Assembly (NCBI GenBank): GCA_964642175.1
Contig: CAZXOK010000003.1
Span: forward strand, 168,333-232,332
Length of the DNA: 64,000 bases
Source of the DNA: an uncultured Chlorobiales bacterium
GTDB lineage: Bacteria > Bacteroidota > Chlorobiia > Chlorobiales > Chloroherpetonaceae
Reading direction: 5' to 3'
In this document: piece by piece, positions 37,046 to 44,837 of the stretch
How positions within the stretch are numbered: the stretch's first letter is position 1
How the letters are laid out: each line of letters begins with the position of its first letter
The notes under the pieces: model-generated
Databases searched by the model: none
What the model was told of the DNA's origin: nothing
Seen by the model: only the letters and a program-made list of their open reading frames with translations
Position numbers and translations under genes: made by a program

Positions 37046-38953
37046 TCAAAATTCTAAAATAACAAACTCACCCGGATTGAGTTTCATAAAGATCTTCTTA
37101 TCGGTCAGCTGGTATGGCTTTTTAGTGACAATATCCTGAATAAACTTTTGAGATGTATCAACTTCCACGTTATCAAAATGCTCATTCCGAAAGTCCAGGT
37201 TACCAATAAACATCAGTGATTTTTCCTTGCCTTTACGTACCAGGCAAAGAAACTGAGGATTGTTACAATCCCTGATATCCACAAAATCTTTATCGGTGTT
37301 GGATAAAAGACCGTGGTATTTTTGGCGGATATCAATCATTTGTTTCAGAAACGGCCCGAGATGATCAAATTGATTGATCTCTTTCCAGTTATAGGCGTAT
37401 TCGCTGAAGAGCGGTAGCTTTTCAGAGGGGAACAGCCTGAGCTCGTCCTGTGAAAAATCCAATCCGGTGTTGATTGGGTAGGTTTCACAAATTTCCATAC
37501 CGCTGTGGATAAATGGAATGCAGGGCAGCATGCAGATCACACCCCAGATGAACCTGGTGTAGCGGTAAGCCTCCTGGCCATGGCTGAAACGAAACATGTT
37601 GCGCGGGCAGTTGTGGTTTTCGGCGGTTCCAAAAAACGGCACAGCCACGCCGATGGAATTTAGATACGAGAGGTACGATTTTAATTCCGTAGGTTTATGT
37701 CCCACAAAGATCAAAGAACCAACAACGGCGTTATATCCTTCTTTGAGGCTTTTTTCGCTCACATCAAAGTTCTCGTCCCAAAATGCAAAATCCGGATTAA
37801 TAGCCCGACACGCAGCCACCATTTTTTTCTTGAGGTCGAACGGCAGGGCATGGCCCATGTCAATCATCACGCCGTCGATCTCAAAATCTTGTTGGTAGTG
37901 GGGAAGTATACCAATAATACGCTCCCAGAGATCCTGATTCTCAGTTCCGGAATGGGTGATCTCTTCGTCGTACATACGAATGGTGTTATAGGCGATGTAG
38001 TTGTAATCGGGGTGGGTGTACATTTTTAAATATGTCACATCATCCCAGGGCGGTTGAATATCGTCGGGTGGCCAGTCTGCAAATGCACCCGGTATGCGGC
38101 ATGTTTTTCCATCAGGGCTGGAGCCGATAAACTTGCCCGATTGCTTTTCAACCGTTTGCGGGGGATCTACAAACATAGCCTGGTAACGCTGGTCAGGTTT
38201 AGGTAAATGGTTAAAATCGGCCGTACGGACTTTATTGTATATGTTTTCCAGGTCTTCATGAGAAAAAATCGGGTTGCCGTAGCGTGTTTCATCCTGGGTT
38301 CCGGGCAACCTGTTTTCCACGCTGTTATCAAGCCAATACACCCAATCCGGACGCTCCTGAATCCAGTCGCCATCTTTTGAAATCGTTCGAAACACAAACT
38401 CCACCACCACACGAATACCCAGGTGATGGGCCGCTTCTACAAAGGCTTTAAATTCGGTATCTACATCCAGGTTCAGGGCCGGCTCGGCCAGGTTGTCATC
38501 AATTTTATATGGATTCTTGATCGCATAAGGAGAGCCCAAGTTGCCTTTATTGCCATCGTGGCCAATGGAAGTAATGGGCAGTAAATGGATGGTGTTGACG
38601 CCCATTTTTTTAATGTAGGGTAAAAGGGCTATGGTTTTCAGAAAGGTTCCGGTTTCACGAAAGCCGCTTTCCAGGGGTTCCAGGGCGATATGCCCGTCGG
38701 CATTGTGGTCGTAGGCTGTGGTTAAACGCACAAAAATGTTATATATAACCGCTTCTGCTGTCCAGGCACCATCTGTACTGGCTGTAATTGGTGTGGATGG
38801 TGTTTTCAGAATGCCATCAATAAGGTTAGAAAAATACTCGGGCGCCGAAACCAGCGACTCGGAGGTTTTATCTAAAGTCCAGATGTTAGGTACATAATAG
38901 TTTTGAGCCTCGGGAAGCGAGCTCAGGGCAGTTAAAAGACTGGATAACGACAT
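37046..38953 (-). CDS. Alpha-amylase-superfamily (GH13-like) TIM-barrel enzyme
   Basis: GVNTIHLLPITSIGHDGNKGNLGSPYAIKNPYKIDDNL, GIRVVVEFV, IDGVMIDMGHAL, FAFWDENF, FFGTAENHN. I chose the Met at 38953 (MSLSSLL) to avoid overlap with divergent truA; the track ORF extends to 39079. Confidence 0.7.
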   Translation of the reverse strand: MSLSSLLTALSSLPEAQNYYVPNIWTLDKTSESLVSAPEYFSNLIDGILKTPSTPITASTDGAWTAEAVIYNIFVRLTTAYDHNADGHIALEPLESGFRETGTFLKTIALLPYIKKMGVNTIHLLPITSIGHDGNKGNLGSPYAIKNPYKIDDNLAEPALNLDVDTEFKAFVEAAHHLGIRVVVEFVFRTISKDGDWIQERPDWVYWLDNSVENRLPGTQDETRYGNPIFSHEDLENIYNKVRTADFNHLPKPDQRYQAMFVDPPQTVEKQSGKFIGSSPDGKTCRIPGAFADWPPDDIQPPWDDVTYLKMYTHPDYNYIAYNTIRMYDEEITHSGTENQDLWERIIGILPHYQQDFEIDGVMIDMGHALPFDLKKKMVAACRAINPDFAFWDENFDVSEKSLKEGYNAVVGSLIFVGHKPTELKSYLSYLNSIGVAVPFFGTAENHNCPRNMFRFSHGQEAYRYTRFIWGVICMLPCIPFIHSGMEICETYPINTGLDFSQDELRLFPSEKLPLFSEYAYNWKEINQFDHLGPFLKQMIDIRQKYHGLLSNTDKDFVDIRDCNNPQFLCLVRKGKEKSLMFIGNLDFRNEHFDNVEVDTSQKFIQDIVTKKPYQLTDKKIFMKLNPGEFVILEF

Positions 38954-39016
38954 AAGACAATGTAATGCGGGATGGTGTAAAAAGTTGATACTATAACCCG
39001 AAATATACTTGAATCT

Positions 39017-39760
39017 ATGCGGAATTTGAAAATCATATTGGCCTACGACGGGCATGATTTTTATGGCTGGCAAAAACAACCCGAGGCCACAGGTTTGCGA
39101 ACCGTTCAGCAGGAACTTGAAAAAGCCCTTCGGCAGATCACCTCACAAGCTGGTTTGCAGGTGATCGCTGCCGGGCGAACCGATACCGGCGTGCATGCCA
39201 ATGCCCAGGTGGTTAGTGTGCATCTGGAAAACCACCCCGATCTCAATCGCTTTCAGTACAGCCTGAACCGGGTTCTCCCCGATGATATCCGAATCAGGTT
39301 AATTGAAGAGGTACCAGAGAAGTTTCACGCCCGATTTGATGCCCTCAGCCGCACTTACAGGTATTTTGTCTGTACCGATGAAATGCCGTTTCAGAGACGG
39401 TATTGCACTTTTGAACCGCGGCCGCTAGATATTGCCAGTATGCAACAGTGTGCCGGCATCATAGCAGGTACGCACGATTTTTCCGGGTTTGCCAGACATA
39501 ATCCCGATCAACCCTCAAAACGCTGCACGGTGCTCAAGGCCGGGTGGCGCACACTCAGCCGTGGACGGGTGATGTTCGAAATTGAAGCAAACCGTTTTTT
39601 GCACAGCATGGTCAGACTCCTGGTGGGCACCATGTTGGAAGTGGGCCGGGGGAAACTCTTATTGGATGATTTTCGACAGCTGCTGGTGTTAAAGGATGTT
39701 CAGCAGGCTTCGCCGGCAGCTTCGGCCAAAGGATTATTTTTATGGCGCGTGACATATTAA
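39017..39760 (+). CDS. truA: tRNA pseudouridine(38-40) synthase
   Basis: MRNLKIILAYDGHDFYGWQKQ, AGRTDTGVHANAQV, RTYRY, FLHSMVR. Confidence 0.9.
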   Translation: MRNLKIILAYDGHDFYGWQKQPEATGLRTVQQELEKALRQITSQAGLQVIAAGRTDTGVHANAQVVSVHLENHPDLNRFQYSLNRVLPDDIRIRLIEEVPEKFHARFDALSRTYRYFVCTDEMPFQRRYCTFEPRPLDIASMQQCAGIIAGTHDFSGFARHNPDQPSKRCTVLKAGWRTLSRGRVMFEIEANRFLHSMVRLLVGTMLEVGRGKLLLDDFRQLLVLKDVQQASPAASAKGLFLWRVTY

Positions 39761-39853
39761 TCAGAAGTTTGTTTATAGATGCGGCAGGTTTGAGGGTTGT
39801 TTGCCTGAAACCCAGAGCGTATATTGGCTTAGTTTTCTCAATTATTTTAAGGA

Positions 39854-40681
39854 TTGATCATGACAAAATTCTTACCTGTATTTTTATTGGCCTGTGTTGT
39901 CTTAGTCTCATCTACCTCATGTAAATCCATTCGCAAATTTGCTGCCGAAAATAATATTTACAGCCTTGAAGACGATGTCCAGTTAGGCCGGCAAGCCGAT
40001 CAGCAGATCAAATCTGATAAAGAGAATTACAAGTTTCTGTCTGCACAAGACCGTAATCACAAAGAAATAAAAGCATATGTCGATCGCATTCAACAGCGTA
40101 TCCTGGATGCCAACGATGTGCCCTACGAGGATGTGTTTGATTACAATATTCAGATTTTAACCAACGATGTGGTCAACGCTTTTGCAACAGCCGGGGGTTA
40201 TTTGTACCTGTACTACGGGATCATGGAGATGCTCGATAACGAAGCGCAACTGGCCGGCGTGATCGCCCACGAGATGGGGCATGTGGCTCATCGCCATGCC
40301 ACTAACGAAATGACTGCCCAGCAGATCACCGGCGGATTGCTGGCATTGGGCTTAAAAATTGGCAATGCCGAAGAGCAAACCGAGCAGGTGGCCGGTCTGG
40401 CCTATAACCTGGCTTTTCTGAAATATGGGCGCGATGCCGAAGAACAGGCCGATTTATCGGGAGCCAAATGGATGGCTAACACTCAGTACAATCCTTACGA
40501 AATGAAAGGGTTCTTTGAAAAAGTTCGCGACGCCAATCGCCCCCCAGTATTTTTATCCACGCACCCCGATCCTGAAAACAGGATGGCCTACATTGATAAG
40601 GTGCTTAAAAAAATGGGGGCAAAAAACCAGGGTAAAGTCTATAAAACAGAGTACATGAAGTTTAAGACATTGTTGAATTAA
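39854..40681 (+). CDS. M48-family zinc metallopeptidase lipoprotein
   Basis: Lipobox LVSSTSC and the HEMGH zinc motif (VIAHEMGHVAHRH). Confidence 0.85.
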   Translation: MIMTKFLPVFLLACVVLVSSTSCKSIRKFAAENNIYSLEDDVQLGRQADQQIKSDKENYKFLSAQDRNHKEIKAYVDRIQQRILDANDVPYEDVFDYNIQILTNDVVNAFATAGGYLYLYYGIMEMLDNEAQLAGVIAHEMGHVAHRHATNEMTAQQITGGLLALGLKIGNAEEQTEQVAGLAYNLAFLKYGRDAEEQADLSGAKWMANTQYNPYEMKGFFEKVRDANRPPVFLSTHPDPENRMAYIDKVLKKMGAKNQGKVYKTEYMKFKTLLN

Positions 40682-40697
40682 CGCATGATGTTGATGT

Positions 40698-41669
40698 ATG
40701 AAATATAGCATTCAGACTTGGTTGGGCAGGATAATGGCGTTTGCCTTATTGTGGGCATATCATCCGCAAGAAATGGTAGCAAAAGAAACGGCTTACGACT
40801 TTTTAAACCTGGATAAAAGTGCATCCATTGCCGCCCTGGGTGGAAACGGGGTGATCCAAACTTCAGAACTGGCCGCATTTTTCTACAACCCTGCTGTCCT
40901 GAGCCCCGATACTCACCAGCAACTCTCCATCGGTTTTCAAAAACATCTCCTGGATATTAATTCCGGTTCGCTTGCTTATGGTCTGCATCTTAAAGATGTG
41001 GGTGATCTGGCCATCGGCATCCACTATATCAATTATGGCCGGTTTGATCAGACCAACGAGATTGGCCAGAAAGTCGGTGATTTTTCTGCCCAGGATCTGG
41101 CCCTTCAAGTGGGCGGCGCATTTGATGTGGAAACTTATTCTTTTGGGTATTTAAGGGCCGGCGCCTCTCTGAAACTGATCTATTCGGGGATTGAAGACTA
41201 TTCTTCAACCGCTTATGCACTCGATGTAGGAGCCGTACTGCATTTTTATAATGAGCATGTAAAGATCGGAGCTTCGATTCTGAATGTAGGTGGCCAGCTG
41301 TCGAGTTATGCCGGCCAAACCGAATCCTTACCGTTGGATATCCGCCTGGGCGTGTCTAACCGGTTGGAGGGCCTGCCGGTAACCATAACAGCCGGCCTGG
41401 TACATCTGAACGAGGATGCAGGTTCTTTAACAGGAAAAATAAAAAATTTCACTCTGGGAGCCGAGTGGACATTCAGTGAGCATTTCCAGGCCAGACTTGG
41501 GTTTAACAACTACCTCAGGCGTGAGTTGAAAGCCGAAGAATCGGCGGGCATGTCCGGACTTTCAGCAGGGTTTGGACTTGAGTTTAATGCCATTCATTTT
41601 GATTATGCTCTCTCTTCGTGGGGCAATGTTGGCCAATTGCATCAGCTTTCATTATCAACAACATTGTAA
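40698..41669 (+). CDS. Outer-membrane beta-barrel protein, possibly PorQ/PorV-like
   Basis: 323 aa with a signal peptide, an N-terminal YDFLNLDKSASIAALGGNG motif, and an alternating-polarity pattern to the C-terminus. The family assignment rests on memory of T9SS PorQ-type N-termini and is weak. Confidence 0.35.
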   Translation: MKYSIQTWLGRIMAFALLWAYHPQEMVAKETAYDFLNLDKSASIAALGGNGVIQTSELAAFFYNPAVLSPDTHQQLSIGFQKHLLDINSGSLAYGLHLKDVGDLAIGIHYINYGRFDQTNEIGQKVGDFSAQDLALQVGGAFDVETYSFGYLRAGASLKLIYSGIEDYSSTAYALDVGAVLHFYNEHVKIGASILNVGGQLSSYAGQTESLPLDIRLGVSNRLEGLPVTITAGLVHLNEDAGSLTGKIKNFTLGAEWTFSEHFQARLGFNNYLRRELKAEESAGMSGLSAGFGLEFNAIHFDYALSSWGNVGQLHQLSLSTTL

Positions 41670-41799
41670 TGGATTTTAAAAAGTTTTTTTATATTAAATC
41701 TCTCACCACACAAAAACCATCGCCTTGCACAAGGTATGCTGTTCTTAGGAGTGCTTTTTACCATTCATTTATCGATACGACTATGACAAACTAAATGGT

Positions 41800-43500
41800 A
41801 TGATCTCAGAGACAACATTTACCGTGGTTGATTTGGAAACGACGGGCGGACTTCAGGAAAATAATCGAATAATTGACCTGTGTGCCATTAAAGTTAAAAA
41901 TGGCGAGGTATTTGATCGGTATGACACACTCATCAATCCCCAAATCCCGATCTCTTTTTTTATTACCCAATATACCGGCATTTCTAACGAGATGGTCCGT
42001 TCTGCCCCCTTATTTGAATCCATTCAGAACGATCTTTACAAGTTTTTGGATGGCAGCGTTTTTGTGGCTCATAATGTTACATTCGACCTGGGTTTTCTGA
42101 ATATGGAGTTTGAGCGTTGTGGCAATGAAAAATTAAACAACCGTTGGTTGTGCACTTATCGCCTGGCAAAGCGGTTACTGCCGCAGCAGAAAAAAATAAA
42201 CCTTGGAGATCTCTCAAATTATTTTGGCATAACAATTAAAGACCGCCATCGGGCGAATGGCGATACCGAGGCCACTGTAGGCATTCTGCAGCACCTGATT
42301 GAGATAGCCGGTGAAAAATACGGCATAGACCGGCTTGATGAACTGATCAGCCTGCAGTTTAAACCCTTTCGTCATTTCAAGAAAGAGTCCCAACATGTCC
42401 AGCACCTCAGGGAGCAGGTGATTGGGCTATTGCCCAAAAAACCGGGCGTGTATATCATGAAATCCCAGGGCAACGAGATCTTGTACATTGGCAAATCAAA
42501 GAACCTGAAAGCCAGGGTATCGAGTTATTTTAATCAAAATGAGCATAGTGATAAGATAAAAGAGCTGATCGGGCGAGTTAAAAAGTTAGATCATATTGTT
42601 ACGGGATCCGAGTTGGAAGCCTTGTTGCTGGAGTCCAGGTTGATCAAACAACATAAACCCTCCTTTAATACACTGCTTAAACATTACAGAACTTACCCGT
42701 TCATTATTCTCACCCAGCACGAGTATCCGAAACTGGAAATTTCAACCAACGGATTTAGCGAGTCCACTGAAGCATTTGGCCCGTTTAATTCGATGGAACT
42801 GGCCAGAAAAGTCCTTGATATTCTTCAGAAAGAGTTTAAGCTCCGCAAATGTTCTTCAACCGAGTTTTCAAAATCCCGCACGTGCCTCTACCTCGATATG
42901 CAAAGCTGTATTGGTCCGTGTCAGGACAAAGATGAGACCATTAAAACCACTTATGCCTTTGAACTCAATCAGCTCAAACAGTTTTTAAGCGGCCAGGATT
43001 CAGTATTGATTAAGCATTTGAAGGAAAAAATGAAAGGGTTGGCCGAGATACGCCATTACGAGCAAGCAGCCGAGCTTAGAAAGAAAATCAAATCGCTTAG
43101 TAAGATCTTTTACCGACAGGCATCCATTACAGCCTCGGCAAATCAAAACAACGCCTTGATTTTATTGCCGTCGCAGGATTTCAGCGAAGAGAATCCCCTG
43201 TTTTGTGTTTTGCTGGTCAGGTATGGACGGCTCATGCATCAAAAAACAGTATTGGCGTCAGAGATATCCAACTTAAAACCATTTTTAGAAGACACCTATT
43301 TTAACGGGCACCCCAGGCCCGATCATATTCAAAAAGATGAACTGGACGAAATGATGGTGCTGGCCAATTGGATCTACCACAAACGCCATTCTTTGCAATG
43401 CTTGTATATAAAGGAGTCCGAGTCGTTAAAAAAAGTGCTTAAAAACTTAGATAAGCGGGTTTGGAAATTATCTGAAAAGCTTTGTGGGGAACCGGCCTGA
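41800..43500 (+). CDS. DEDDh 3'-5' exonuclease (DnaQ-like) fused to GIY-YIG/UvrC-N-terminal (Cho-like) nuclease
   Basis: Exonuclease motifs FTVVDLETTG, FVAHNVTFDLGFL and HRANGDTEAT. GIY-YIG motifs PGVYIMKSQGNEILYIGKSKNLKARVSSYF and ELEALLLESRLIKQHKPSFN. A UvrC-like Cys segment follows. Confidence 0.8.
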   Translation: MISETTFTVVDLETTGGLQENNRIIDLCAIKVKNGEVFDRYDTLINPQIPISFFITQYTGISNEMVRSAPLFESIQNDLYKFLDGSVFVAHNVTFDLGFLNMEFERCGNEKLNNRWLCTYRLAKRLLPQQKKINLGDLSNYFGITIKDRHRANGDTEATVGILQHLIEIAGEKYGIDRLDELISLQFKPFRHFKKESQHVQHLREQVIGLLPKKPGVYIMKSQGNEILYIGKSKNLKARVSSYFNQNEHSDKIKELIGRVKKLDHIVTGSELEALLLESRLIKQHKPSFNTLLKHYRTYPFIILTQHEYPKLEISTNGFSESTEAFGPFNSMELARKVLDILQKEFKLRKCSSTEFSKSRTCLYLDMQSCIGPCQDKDETIKTTYAFELNQLKQFLSGQDSVLIKHLKEKMKGLAEIRHYEQAAELRKKIKSLSKIFYRQASITASANQNNALILLPSQDFSEENPLFCVLLVRYGRLMHQKTVLASEISNLKPFLEDTYFNGHPRPDHIQKDELDEMMVLANWIYHKRHSLQCLYIKESESLKKVLKNLDKRVWKLSEKLCGEPA

Positions 43501-43553
43501 AAAAAAGCCCTTACAAATCCCTTTTATGTTTATGGATCACATGGGCTGATACG

Positions 43554-44492
43554 CTACCACACAACTTTGGCAATTCTGAACTTAATCGGTACGGTAATAG
43601 CCCCGGATACGTTTTTACCATCCTGTTGAGCTGGTTTAAAAAAAGTTTCTTCAGAAAGAACCCTCACGGCTTCTTCATCCAGAAGCGCATGAGCCTGTTT
43701 TAGGAGGTCTATACGCGTGAGACGACCTTCTTCATCCACGTAAGCTCGAGCCACTACAAGCCCTTCAATTTTTAATTTTTTAGCAGTATCAGGGTAATTG
43801 ATTTTCTTGATCACCGCGCCCAGACCGCCTTCAATTTCTACCTGGCTCTCGACCATAGCCAGGGCATTTTTCTCGGCTTCTTCAGCAGCTTTGGTGGCTG
43901 CTTTTAAACCGACATCAGTGATGGCATCGTTGCTGGTACTTTCAATGGCTGTGGCGGAATTATTTAACTCCGAACCGGCTGAAGCAAATTCTGGTTTCTC
44001 TGAAGGTTTGGCTTTAGGTGCGATTGAATGCCGGGGTTTAACAGGGGGTGTTCTTTTTCTTTTTTCTGCAAGAAGCTGTTTCTTCTCTTCTTCCTGTTGC
44101 TTTAAAGCCTCTTCTTCTATGCGTTTGCGCTCAGCTTCTTTTTGTGCCAGAAGTGCGCGATTTTGAGCATCAGTAATAAAAGTAAAATCGCGTCGCAACG
44201 TGGCTTTTGAGGGAACATACACTTTATTGGTTCTTAAACGGGGCATGCCACTCTTAAAAACTTTCATGTTGTATTTGCCCTCAGGTACGGTTAAAAACAC
44301 ATAATAACCCTGTGCATTTGTTAATACTGCCTTGGAAGTAGGTCCGGAAACAAAAACGGTTGCTCCTGCAACGGGCTTACCACTATAATCTGTTACCAGT
44401 CCCATCAGTCTCCCAGATGTATTCTGATCTGCTGACGTTGTGAATAAGTTTATAAAGAGTATAGAAAATGATAAAACAATTTTTAAAACCAT
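43554..44492 (-). CDS. TonB C-terminal-domain protein with N-terminal CarboxypepD_reg-like domain and Lys/Glu-rich linker
   Basis: The N-terminus has a hydrophobic anchor, then GRLMGLVTDYSGKPVAGATVFVSG...PEGKYNMKVF. The linker is EAERKRIEEEALKQQEEEKKQLLAEKRKRTPP. The C-terminus is YPDTAKKLKIEGLVVARAYVDEEGRL...AITVPIKFRI. Confidence 0.7.
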   Translation of the reverse strand: MVLKIVLSFSILFINLFTTSADQNTSGRLMGLVTDYSGKPVAGATVFVSGPTSKAVLTNAQGYYVFLTVPEGKYNMKVFKSGMPRLRTNKVYVPSKATLRRDFTFITDAQNRALLAQKEAERKRIEEEALKQQEEEKKQLLAEKRKRTPPVKPRHSIAPKAKPSEKPEFASAGSELNNSATAIESTSNDAITDVGLKAATKAAEEAEKNALAMVESQVEIEGGLGAVIKKINYPDTAKKLKIEGLVVARAYVDEEGRLTRIDLLKQAHALLDEEAVRVLSEETFFKPAQQDGKNVSGAITVPIKFRIAKVVW

Positions 44493-44837
44493 AGTAGGAA
44501 CAATTATAAAATTGCATTTCTATTGATCAATAAAGTCAAAACCAAGTGATTTAAAATTATGAGAATATATAATTGTTTAGTCTTATGTCTCAAGCATATC
44601 ATATTAAATGTGGGTAAACAATGAAAAATATGTATTAAATGATTGTTAAAACCACCCCTATGCTGAAAATAATTTAGTACAATTAGCCAATCAATCTGGT
44701 GCATGACTTTATTGATCTGATTTAACAATTCTTTAACATACATCGCCTGTAATCAGTGGGTTTTATAACACTCTATTTTGTATATATGCATCCGTTAAAG
44801 TCATTATAAACCAGAAGTCAATTAATAACTATTATCT

